A stretch of DNA of 64,000 nucleotides from Takakia lepidozioides (GCA_030704615.1 CM060732.1:66774001-66838000), one strand, 5' to 3'. Positions 23,992 to 35,479 are shown, numbered from the stretch's first letter. Notes: generated by a model from the sequence alone, not told the origin. A program made the numbers and translations.

Positions 23992-26900
23992 TTAATCTTG
24001 AAAATCATCACTATCGTCGTCCTGTCCTTGACTGTCCTGCTCCGCCTCCACCCCGTCGTTGCCTTTCTCATCTCTAGCGGACTGCTCGTTGGCCAGGCTG
24101 TAAAAAATCCCATCTTCACCTTGCGGAACCGACCATCTCACCTCCGTTGGCTCGTCGTCCTCCCTGTCTGCATCGCTCTCATCCGCTGAATCACATATGA
24201 ACTTTCGTACCTGTCTACCTGTCTCAGCTGTTGCCAACTCTTTCCTAATCCTTCTGTCCTCCCTAGCCCTCTCCAAAATCTGCTCTACTTTACTGGGATT
24301 CTCACATCGTCTAATCCCTGTATTTGCGAGTTTAGCTGCATAACTAGGAAGGGAGTAGTCCTTCACCGGGCTCGTCATGAAGTCGGCCCTCGCAAAGAAC
24401 GGGACATTCTTCCTGGCAGGAAGTGTAGGCCCTACATGTTTTGACCCGGATCCTGGAATCCTGCAAATAACAATCACCAACGAGACCAATGAGAACCACA
24501 GTCCGGAAATGCGTTTGACCAAAAATCACACAGAAGGCTTTGCAAACTTACAATGTTTGCACTCACTCGTATTGCGGGTTCTCCTCGGCATCAATGTCCA
24601 CTGTCTCTTCCTCCGACCTCGACGAATCCGAGGAGTCCTTGGCTTCGATGGGAGCCTTCACATTCCGTTGCAGCCCTTCCAGATGGGATCCCCAGACGGA
24701 TGTGTCCTCCTCGTAGGCAAAGAGGTGCCGGTCAGAAAACCGCCTAGCCCACATTGAGGCACCTGTTACAATGCCATCCACACATTATGACATGGCCCTT
24801 CAGATGTTGCGAATGAAAGCATAACGAGAGTTTGCAAAATAGCATACAACAATATTCTGCATACCAGTCCCACAGATGAGGTCGAGCACTGTGCCCTCCA
24901 CGTCAGTGCATGTCTCCATAATTGTCTGAATGAAGGCAGGGCTCCGAGTGCGTGAATACCACAGGGGTTCAGTTGAAGTGAGGCTATGAGGGAGAAGTTC
25001 CGTGGGAATGTTGTTGAACAGGACGTCGTAATCGATGGGGTCGCAGTTCGGGTCAACTAACAATCCCTCCTTCCGGAAAGCAAAGGTGGAGTTCTCCTTC
25101 ACAAAGCACTATGCATCGAACTGCTTCGTCTGCATACACATTGGGGAACGATTAGAAATCGAATGCGGCACCGCATTTCAAAACTCCAAAGAAAATGAAA
25201 GGACGAATGCCAATGTCGTAATTACCTTCTTCCCTTCCGACCGAAGGCCCAATGTGTTGATGCATGTCCACTTCTTCTTCAGAATTGGGACGGCGCTCTT
25301 GCGGGTCCACTTTGCAATTCCTGTCTGCGTGTTTTTCCCTCTGCTTGCCAGGACAACCACACAGCCTCTGTCGTCCAACACCATGCGGGCGAGCCCGAAT
25401 CCTTTCTTCCAAAAGTCCTCGGAGTACCTATTCCAAGATGGCAAAGCTTGCAGTCCTTCCACAGGCTCTCCGTCCGGAATATCCAAGATGATCATATCGC
25501 AAGACCACTCGGTGGCATTTCCGCCCCTCCTGCAATCCGTGTCTGCACACACCCTCTCAAAGAACGAGACCATCTTCAGAAACCTAGGGGTGTCGGAATG
25601 CTCTTCGGCAGCCGCCTTCTTCAGTGCTCTACCCTTCAGACCCTCCATGGTCTTCATGTATGCCAACTTGGCTGCCCGTCCATCCAAAGCCGCCAAGAAA
25701 CTCTCATTCACACACTGGACTACTGTATCGGGATCCACTTTCGGCCTCTTCATTTCCACCGGCACGAAAGGGTGCCCCCCCGGGGGGTTGAAGAGTGCCT
25801 TCTTTGCCGAGCCAGTTCTCGTCCCTCTCGTGACAACGGTGGGCACAGGGGATTTCGGCTGCGTCTCGGGGGGTGTTGCAAAGTCTCCATCGGAGTCCTC
25901 TTCCTCACCCTCTATCTACACTATTTGTTTCTGCTTCTTCATTTTCTTGGGTGTCACAACTGCTGCTCCTTGCTGGCGAGTACGCTTCTTGGACCCCTTC
26001 TGTTGAGCCTGCATAGCTGCATCCACCGTCTTCTGTGCCATCTCAGCTGCCTTTCTGGATTGTTCCAGAGCAGCAGCTTCCTTTGCCGACTCTGGCCGAG
26101 CAGGGTCACGTCTTTCCTTTCTCTTCTCTTCTGCTTTCGCGTGCAGATCTTTCTCAGACTCGTCAACAATTCCGCCAGACATGTCCAGGTACCACGGGCA
26201 TCCAACCAGATGCGCGGCATACCATTGTTTCTGCATCTCGGGTGTGTAGACACATCTTGGGCCCGCCACGGTCCAAGCCATGAAGAACGGGGGCTCTTGA
26301 GCTAGGGCCCCTGTCTGAAGTAGCACGTATTTCATATACCTGTAGGGCAGTCAGCATGCGTGAGCAAAAGTTGAGACCAACGTACTCGCAGAGTGCAACC
26401 AAAAACTTAAAATGCGAATGCGGTGCCGCATTTCCCAGACAAACCTCATAACCAGGCTTCGCATACAAGGACAGCTGGGCTTCACCTGTAAACAATTCGC
26501 ATTGCAGCTTTTCCCACTCCCTCCTGATGTGTAAACTCCACGCTCCTTCTTGCTGCAGCTCCCTGGCGAAGAGTTGTCCTTGTACGCACATCTGAAACGT
26601 GTCATGTAGTCTTCCAATGTCTGTGTTCCATCCCATTTGACGTACAAGCCGAACGAATTTGTATGCATTACGACTTGCTTCTTCGCATTCGTCATTACCT
26701 GCGATTCCCACATACATTGTCACGTAGCAGTTCAGGGAATTCATTTCAGAAAAGCAAATCTGGGGAAGTACCTTGAATTACCTGGAACCACCAAGTCATG
26801 CGGTTGAGCCACACATCCACTGCAGGGTCGGAAACTTCAAGTGGAAAAGACCACATTGTCCTTATACTCTCCGATGCATTCCAGATCGACAGCCACTGTG

Positions 26901-28019
26901 TCTGCCATTTCCGATCCAATGTCAGGAGCAGGAAGAAGAGTGACTATTGCTATGAAAGAACTTCAGTGAATTGAAACATCACCTTCTCTTTCGCTTCAAC
27001 ACATGCCGTTGAGAGGTGATGTAGTTTCTCCAACTGCATGGTCGGCTGCATGGCCCGAGAATAGTGTTTTGCAATCTCGGGGATGAAGTCCTTTCCAAGT
27101 GCCGGATCTGCAATGGCCACCAGCTTCACAAGCTTTGACTTGTATTTCGTTCTGGACTTGACCCCGGCTTCCTTCAAGTGCTCAGTCAATGACTGCAACG
27201 TTTTGACCTGCCCCTCACTTTCCATGAAAAAGCGTTTGGCATGGGCCAAATTCAGCTTGATGTTTGACTGCCAACAAAAACATGCAGAAGCATTACATTC
27301 GATTAATGTGGAAAGATTACCGGAAATTGGGGAAGGATGAGCAGAGGGAAATGGGAGGACGACTTACTTCGTATATCACCTCCACCATTCCATCCATAGT
27401 GAGACGATACCATGTCCGGTCAGTTTTTGCCACGGCTTTCTGAATGAGCTCGGGCTCCAGCATTCCCGCGAACATGTGTGGATTAGTGAGACCAGTTTTC
27501 CTCACCCTGTACAGCATATGTGCCATGTGGGTATGCACGTACGCATTTTTAGTGACCCTGCAAGGCACAATCTCCAGTTCAGTCCACGAAAGCACGGAAA
27601 CAAAACAGATTGGAAACCGAAATGTGGCACCGCATTTCGAACGTGCTTGGGAGGGTATGAGTATCTTACGAGTTGAGGTCCGCCATGGCATTCTTGAGCA
27701 GGGAGGAGTCTACCGCCTTCACCTTGAGGATGACACACTCCACCATGTAATGCCAGCCAATGTGCTTGGCATGGTTCTGCTTGATGTACTCCCACCAGGC
27801 GAGAAGTCGGTGATTCCCGTCCCACACAAAGAACATTTTACCCGACATATGGCCGAGGTCGAGATCACCCTTCAGTGTTGCCTCGAATTCGTCGTTGCGA
27901 GTGTGCCAGTGGGTATCCCATGTTGACAATTCCTCCGCAATGGGTCCACGAGATTCGCCGTCCTCATTCTCAAGGGAAACGTAGAAGGCTGGCGAACCTA
28001 GACGGTACCCTTCTCGAAA
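23992..28019 (-). pseudogene. ParB/Srx-like plus beta-class N4C/N6A DNA methyltransferase-like gene, main body; exons ~28019-27670, 27557-27368, 27267-~26772, 26698-26445, 26339-25226, 25129-24865, 24762-24567, 24460-23992
   Basis: FFVWDGNHRLLAW (DGNHR 27807-27821); CDMIILDIPD (motif IV-like, DIPD 25472-25483); RSPAFIQTIMETCTDVEGTVLDLICGTG|ASMWARRFSDRHLFAYEED (motifs X, I and II, joined across a phase-1 intron). Splice phases agree at five introns checked. Stops at 25916-25918, 25109-25111 and ~26950. Confidence 0.8.
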
Positions 28020-28365
28020 CCTTAGTTGATAAACGGAAATGCCGTGCCACATTTCCGTTCGGGAAAGTATAAAGGTCTCACCTGAATGGAAATGCGGTGC
28101 CGCATTTCCGGTCTGGAAAGTTTGAAGGTCTCGCATGGATGGAAATGCGGCACCGCATTTCCGTCCCACAGCTCCAGGCCTCATATACAAAACGGAAATG
28201 CGGCGCCGCATTTCCGTTCTAGAATGTCGGAAGGTGCGACTCGGACGGAAATGCGGTGCCGCATTTCTGTTCCCGTTGTTCATAATTCTCAATCAGAACG
28301 GAAATGCGGTACCGCATTTCAGTTCCGATGTTTCACGATTTTCAGTCAGAACGGAAATGCGCACC
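28020..28365. repeat. Palindrome array 2: 7 copies at an exact 53-bp period
   Basis: Starts at 28035, 28088, 28141, 28194, 28247, 28300 and 28353 (last copy is a half site). The consensus extends to GAACGGAAATGCGGYRCCGCATTTCCGTTC. Confidence 0.97.
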
Positions 28366-29144
28366 CAGCCGATCCACGAGCACGGGTCTTCCTGCCGGTC
28401 CTAGCCCTGTGCGTTTCAAGGATGCGGCTTCCAAGGGCAAGTCTTTGCAGTTCAAAGCCCCAGAGAGCGACTCGCCTTCAAAGGTCATGGAGAATCGCCA
28501 GCAGGGGTCTAGCCCTTCTCCAGCAAAGACGAAGAAGAAGCAGCCCGTCCTTCAACTTGTTTATGAACCGGACCAGGCCGTTTCCCCCCCAACCCAGGCG
28601 AATGAAGCAGATTCAATTGCAGTAGACACCTTCACCTGCAAGAATGAGGAAGCACAAGACAATCAGGGTGAGGGCGGAGCAGTTTCCCGCAAAACCGATT
28701 CCACGAGCTGAAGCCCAGTTCCTGCTTGATTTCCAGCCTGGTGATGTTGGGGGCATCTCTGCTGCAGTGAAGGCAATGGGATCGACCGTCGATCTGGTAC
28801 CGGAGGAGGGTGCTGCCTCTCAACGTTCGCAGCAAGACCTGACCACAATTGAGGAAGAGGAGGAGGCCTCTGCGATTGCAGAATTGTCCGCAAAGATTCC
28901 CCAGAGTGCAGCTCCAGTTCGGGATGCTCCAGCTGCTCAGCCCCTACCGCCACCAGCAAAAATGTCTCCGGAGGAATTCCAAAGTGCAGCGGATACAATG
29001 TTGGAGGAGACACATAGTAGCATTGGCAGAGTTCTGGGCAGCAGGGTATTCCATCGGACTCTTCGAGTCTCACTCTGTCGCATGGTCTCCCTTCCCATCG
29101 TCAGGCAGGCACTTCCCGGAGATGTGGATAAGCTCAAGTTCGAC
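28357..29144 (+). pseudogene. Inverted 5' part of the ParB-MTase gene (disordered N-terminus and start of the ParB-like domain)
   Basis: Ends in LRVSLCRMVSLPIVRQALPGDVDKLKFD at 29144, which joins in frame to FREGYRLGSPAFYVS read on the minus strand from 28019. One frameshift near 28690. Confidence 0.75.
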
Positions 29145-29740
29145 CTTTCCGGTTAGGCATGCAAACATCTTCTACAGTCAAGTCTCCTAGCATACAGTCT
29201 AAGAATTGCAGAAGAAAAATGAGGCGGGTTTCGGTGCTCGATCAGCTGGCGAATCCCGATAGCACGGAGCTCTCACTGGTGGTTGGGTTGCCTGCGTGGC
29301 CTGATGCTGCGAGATGGCAATCTCCTCCTGTAGACGCATCTGCTTCCTCCCCTTCGGCATTGGCCTACGTCCGAAATACAATTTTCGGAGCTTGCGACGA
29401 TGTCTCTTCTCTGGTGCACGCACTCCCTCCCTCTCAGGTTCGAGCATAAGAAGAACAGAGACAGGGAAAAGGGGCAAAGAGTGCAGATGGAAAGGGCGTG
29501 AGAGGGGTGACTGAGGAGACACGACAAAAGAAGATGAAACGGCGGTGATGCACCACTTGGGTTCGAAAGGGTTGGACGAAACTGTCTCCTCGTGGATTTT
29601 GCGTCAAAAAATTCGAATCGTTCAGGGTACGCCTGCCGTCCAAAAAACAAACATCATTATCCAACGGTCAGGCCGCGTCGCCTCATGCCACTTCAGTCAG
29701 ATAGAGTGTAGACATGTGCCGCAATTCCGTTGCTCCACGT

Positions 29741-30107
29741 GTTCACATTTCAAGGCATTTCCGTCCCAGCGTCTGATGAGTTGGAGTGAAAATGCGAATG
29801 CGGCGCCGCATTTCCGTTAAGTACCATCACGAAGCTACACATCCGTACTTGTTGGAAGAAAATGCGGCACCGCATTTCCGTTCCACCTTCACATACCTTA
29901 GTTGTTGAACAAAAATAAGGTGCCGCATTTCCGTCCCACAACTCCATGTATGAGATACAAAAGGGAAATGCGGCGCCGCATTTCCGTTCTGGAATGTCGA
30001 AAGGTGCGATTCAGACGGAAATGCGGCACAACATTTCAGTTCTCGTGGTTCATGATTTTCAATCTGGACGGAAATGCGGTACCGCATTTCCGTTCCCCCT
30101 TCACATA
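29741..30107. repeat. Palindrome array 3: 7 copies
   Basis: Equivalent starts at 29741 (right half only), 29794, 29858, 29911, 29964, 30017 and 30070, giving spacings 53, 64, 53, 53, 53, 53. Spacers are homologous to those of array 2. Confidence 0.95.
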
Positions 30108-31264
30108 AAATTCTGGCAATTTCACCAATCTTCTGATTTCCCTGGTGACATCCTTGCTTCTTTTCATCTTGGCTTCATGGGAGTCGGCCTCAGATTTGTC
30201 CTCGTTCAGTGGTTCACTCATAGGCAGATCCCTAGATCGTTTTTCAGTTTGAGTTTGTGCAGGGGTCAATTTCTGTATCTCAGATCGAATCAAAGTACCT
30301 AAGGCCTCCATCTGTCGCTGGGAAAACAACTGACTTCCATGTTTGCGATCTGAAGCTCGGTGCAGACTGGCCGCATCTGAGCACTCACGGTCTCCAGCCA
30401 TTTCACTATCCTGATCGTCGTCACCGGGGTGTGTGCTCACAGAGCCGAACGAGATCTGGCTCATTCACACGATTACCCTACTTCTGGAATTTGCGAAATT
30501 CACAATCTGTTCTCCCCGATCGCAAAACGGCTCTGATACCACTTGAAAGGGATTTGACTCTCTTTCCTCAGTCCAACTACAGAACAAATTCAAGCCATTT
30601 TCTCATCTTGCCGTTCATAGGGAATCTATCAGGATCCCAAGAAATTTGCTTGCTTGAATCAACGTCAATATGGACTCATGTGACCATCTTCTTTTATTAC
30701 AGTCACAGTTCATTGACTCAAACCGTAACAGAGACCACACCTGTCCAACGATCGTTCACCCCTGTTCTTCACGAAAGTGTATTTACAAGCCTTAAGCAGA
30801 TCTTTCTTGTCCCAAACAGTAACTAGAATCAAATCTGCATTGTCACTCTTCAAATCAACACCTGATGAAGCCTAAGTCATAGGATTTATACCTTTTCTCT
30901 ATACAAAGGAGAAATCACAGTCCCTGCCGCTGCAAGGCGCCAAAGGCCAGTGACAACTATTCCAACATCAACCTACTCTCTAAAAGCACAGCACCGGCTA
31001 CAGTATCCGGTCCACCCAACCACCACGCCATGCTACGACCAGATTTCCTGTCGAGAGCAGATCTGCTCTAGCCGCCTATACGCCATCATCCTCTCTTTTT
31101 CACACTTGCCATCTCCAAGCCTCATAAAAAATCCCTAATCCTGGATCTCTTCATGCACGCGAGCCGCTCTATTTTACCTGCAACTGTCAGTTCGGCGATA
31201 TTCTAGCAGTCTCTTAATATTCCAAACTGGTTGGCGGGTCGATCTTCGTTCCTGGCACCTAACA
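30108..31264 (-). mobile_element. 5' end of a tRNA-Met-primed LTR retrotransposon: LTR 30544-31264, PBS 30530-30541, gag start 30464
   Basis: Minus strand reads TGTTAG...CTTTCA then AG TGGTATCAGAGC. The ORF MSQISFG...RLVKLPEF is truncated at 30108. Confidence 0.75.
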
Positions 31265-33607
31265 GTGAGTGTACTCATTTCATGTTTATTATTGACCTGT
31301 TGTAATTGTGGTGGATCTCCCACCAAGTGGTGGCCCCTGAGCACTCCCTGCTACTGGCCCCACGATATTCATAGTATTCCCAGCTCCAGTTGCACTACTT
31401 CCCACACTCCCTGTCCCCCCAGAGCCAGATCCAGGCTGCCCGCCTGATCCCCCTGAGCCGACACCTTCGTTGGCCTGTGATCCAAGTGCTCCACTTGATC
31501 CAGGTCCAACGGGTTGGGATGTCCTGGTTGTAGTCTCAACCTCAGCTGTTGGGTCTACTTCTTCATATTCTTCCTCTTCCAATTTCTTCTCTCTATTTTC
31601 ATCCTCCAAGTTCTGCCCTTGGGTTTCTTCTTCACTCATGTAACTCAACTGTAATGGTGTTGGAGAGTCTGTACTCTCCGTTGGCTCTGCCACATCCTCT
31701 CCTCCTTCTTCACCTTCCGTTTCAGAAACTGGAGTTCCTGCTTTTGGTGTTCCATGCCAACTCTTATCAAAGATTTCTGTCAAATCTTTTATCCAGAGAT
31801 GTACCTCAGATCTTTCACCTCTTGATTGTACCAATTCCCTTAATCTTTCTTACAAAGAAAAAGAAGGAGTGGCATCCAACTCTAGTTCTTCCAGTATGGG
31901 TGATGTACTCTCTGATCTTAATTGTGTGAGAGGTCCAGATGATTCCCCTATGTCTATTCCTCTCTCCCAAAGATATGGATAATTAGCTTTCAGATAACTT
32001 TCTCTTTTTGCTGAATATCTCTGGAGTCTAGCTTCTCTTTCATCACTCATGTCCCATGTCTTTCATTTCTTTAATGTGGCAGTAACCAAAACTCTCTTCT
32101 GTAGTATCTCTCGTATATGCCTGGGTTTCTTTCAAGCTTCAATGCACCCTTGGCTATATTAGAAGTCTCCGTTATCATATAACCATATGGCAAACAAGTC
32201 TGGAAAGCTGTTCTTGGTGTGAGTTTGATCCACAAAATATCCTTTGGAATCCAATTCTTTACCAGTACAAGCTCTTCATGCATATGAGTATAAACATTCA
32301 CCTTCCTTTCCTCCCAGCCTTCAAACTCTACTCGCTTAATGGATAGCAATGCTATCACATAAACCAGTGTTGGTAATCAACGTGCTCTTCCTCTACAGGC
32401 CACCTGATAAATCTTTATCACTCCTTTCTCTAGACCCCACTCAGGGTCAGCATCATGCACTCTTTTAAGAATGTTTTCTTTACAACCGTCTAGCAATTCC
32501 AAGAACCTCTGAAAGAATCGTTTGGACAATCTTTCCTTCTCAGTTTCACAGGGAATTTGATTCACATCAAATTCTTTAATTCTCCAACCACCATGATCCC
32601 ACCAGATGCCTGTCACATCTGGTTGTTCATGACCCAGTTCCCCAGTATGGTCGCCAAATGTCGAGCGGCTTTTACTCACCCATCCCTTCGCTATCCGAGG
32701 TGGAAACTCTAAGATAGAAGAGTTGGATATCTCTAAGCACTCAGCCCGCTCAGTACAATCAGTCATGACCTGCAGCTAGTGAATCATGGTTGTGCTTCCC
32801 CTTTATATTCCTTCTTGCCTTCATGTTATCAATTACCTTAGCTTCAATATCTTCTTAGTTCCAGTTAATCATGCATTCATTTCACAGCTTCACTCATGTC
32901 TCTCTACACAGTGTGCTTGTATCGAATAAGTATCAGATTACGATTTATCAGGTACTAGGCCAATGTCAAGTGACTCTAATCCGCCCTACAGTATCACTAC
33001 AGTTCTGCATGAAACAAACATCTACTGTCCAACTCTCCTCTTTCTCCGTGCTTTCGTTCTTGCTCTCCGCCCGATCTCCTCTCCTCCATGACCAAGAAGT
33101 GCTCCCAGAAGTGTGTCCCCCCCAGAAGTCTCCGCTCTCCGCTTTATCTACCTACAAGGTGTTCTAACCGCCTTGCTAACAATTAACCGTCATCCCTAAT
33201 GTAACACGTTCTTTCAGCAGATGTTGTTCCTTCACAGTCGTTCCCTGCCATTGATAACTGTTCCATATGTACGGTGACAAGCTGTGTCAAACTATGCCGA
33301 GCTGTGACTGGCTGTGTAAGGCTGTGTCAGCTGTGTCGGACTGTGCGAAGCTGTGGCGGGCTGTGACGGCTGTGCGAAGCTGTGACGGGCTGTGTCGGGC
33401 TGTGCTGGCTGTGACTGGCTGTGCGAAGCTGTGGCAGGATGTGTTGGCTGTGTCTGGCTGTGTCGGGCTGTGTTGGGCTGTGTAACCCTCGTCCCTAAAA
33501 CCTGCTGTTGTCACCCCTAAGGCTCCTGTTCGTCTCAGTCTGTGTAAAAATTAAGGGTACCCCACAGAACCCGTAAAAGCGTCTAAGTCCCAAGCAGCCC
33601 TCTAACA
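31265..33607 (-). mobile_element. LTR family A, copy 3: 5' LTR (32659-33607), PBS (32640-32656) and degenerate 5' internal ORFs
   Basis: TG...CA LTR followed on the minus strand by TGGCGACCATACTGGGG (Tat/Ogre-like PBS). ORF remnants at 32071-32640, 31850-32050 and 31289-31834. Confidence 0.85.
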
Positions 33608-34850
33608 CAATGCCCACACTGCAATTGTGCAGGTTGTGCATATGCCGGCCCTTTGCCTCCCTCTGGGCAATCCTTCTTGACATGGGGTCCTCCACATGTC
33701 CAACACACCACCTCTGCCCGTTGTTGGTCTGCAAATGAAGGGAGAGACCCCTACATCTGAGGTCCTCTCTGTCCCTCCCTGGGCTTCACCTTGGCCCCTT
33801 GTTGCCTTGAGCACGTTGAGGTAGTGGTTGGCTAGGAGCACCACTACCCCGTAGTGTCTCCTTAGCAAATCCCACCTTGACCATTCGTTCCTTCACCATG
33901 TTGAGCTCTATCCACTCTACCAGCAAAAACACATTTGCTAAAGTGGGTTGGGCCGCTTGTAGGAGAATTGCATCATGTACCCTTCTCCTCAGCTCCTTGT
34001 CCAATATCCTATACCAGAATTGGACTGCCGGACCTTCCGTAACCCCTTGGGTTACATTTATCAAGTGCCTCATGCGAGTGAAACCTCCCTCAAGCTCTCA
34101 GTAGGCTTCCGTTGGAACTCTTGCAAGCTCTGTAACATCTCTGTCCTCACCCCTTGGTAGTTCCCTCTCAACTCTTCGAAGAACTCCACAACAGGGTTGA
34201 AGGCAGACATGGGTACTGGTGCTGGTGTGGTAGTGGCTTGGGTGATGTCGTAGCTATGGTACCACTAGTCCCACTGCTGCTTGCTTAAGCTACCGATGCA
34301 GCGGCAGGTGTAGCCACTGCCCTCGTGGCTCTAGTGCCCATAGTGATGGAGACATAGTCGGGTGACCAGTACATCCTCCACTCCTCGATCTCAACCTCAT
34401 GCCCCTGCCTGAATTCATGGTAATCATCCATAGGCGGCCCCTCAAGGTGCTGAAACAGCCCCTTCCATGCCATGAAAGGCGTAAATAGTTGTGGATTGCG
34501 CATTTGCTGCAAATCACATCAACTATCAAACTTTTGGATAAAATCATCCAACTCGATGGTGCCCACCGCCCCAGAGTACCTTCGTGGCCCCTTGGTAGCT
34601 CCATACATCTCCTCCATTGTGTCCCAGAACAATGGCAAGGAAACAACTTGCACCACCGGTGTGAGTCCTCCTAATTCACAATCCAAATCAGAACCTTCCG
34701 TGGAAGACACAGGAGGTGAAGGTGGCCTAGACCGCACACCTCGTCTCGTGTACCCACTAGTATCGCTAGTGCCCGAACCGATACTGTCCCCAACAACTAG
34801 TGGCACCTCCGTGTTGACAAATTGTCACTCAACCAGTCATGAACATGTCC
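33608..34850 (-). mobile_element. Degenerate retrotransposon gag
   Basis: YSGAVGTIELDDFIQKFDS, LQEFQRKPTESLRE and a zinc knuckle CWTCGGPHVKKDC at ~33668-33706. Cut by the family A LTR at 33607. Confidence 0.75.
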
Positions 34851-35479
34851 CTAACCCCCTCTACATAAGGTAACCAGGTAGAGAACCTGTTGTGGCTTAT
34901 AGTTTGGAATACTAGGTTCCTAACATAGCCTACACCTGCACTTGCATCCACCGCAAGCACTTCTATGATTGGCTGGTCATCACCCCAACCTCACCATCGA
35001 CAACATGCTCTAGGACTGGCCCGTGATCAAATCCGGACCAATCACCTATAAAAACAAGCGCCCACACAAAACTAACATGGCGCACAGTCAAGCATGCAGA
35101 TATGGAGGGGATCCAAACACAATAAATTAGAACGACAACTCCCCCACACCAAAAACAGCTCCACGGTGTTGCCCCTGCAAGGACACGCCAGCCCAAACCC
35201 GGACTGACTCTTGCCTCCACCTACGGAAAGGTCTTGGCCTAATGAGAGGGTGGAAAACTACAAGGAAGAGAAGTAAAGCAATGCCTAACACCAGCATGCC
35301 CTCATCCCAATACTCTTTTTCTCATCTCTTCCCTCACTTGCATGACCATGGGAATATCATGAAGATACTCCTCAAACCGCCCTCCACGAGCTTAAAAATT
35401 CGGTCTTCAAGACCACATGCCAGTCCTTAGGCAGTCCACCACTGCCTCCACGAGTCAGCATAGGCCGTCCACAGGTCAA

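Noticed and set aside
25035-26305. Long plus-strand ORFs (323 and 285 aa)
   Set aside because: They are antisense shadows of the large minus-strand exon of the ParB-MTase gene.
28020-30107. CRISPR array (palindromic repeats with constant-length spacers)
   Set aside because: The spacers are related to each other and reused between arrays, there are no cas genes, the context is eukaryotic, and the same motif occurs singly in introns. A phased binding-site array fits better.
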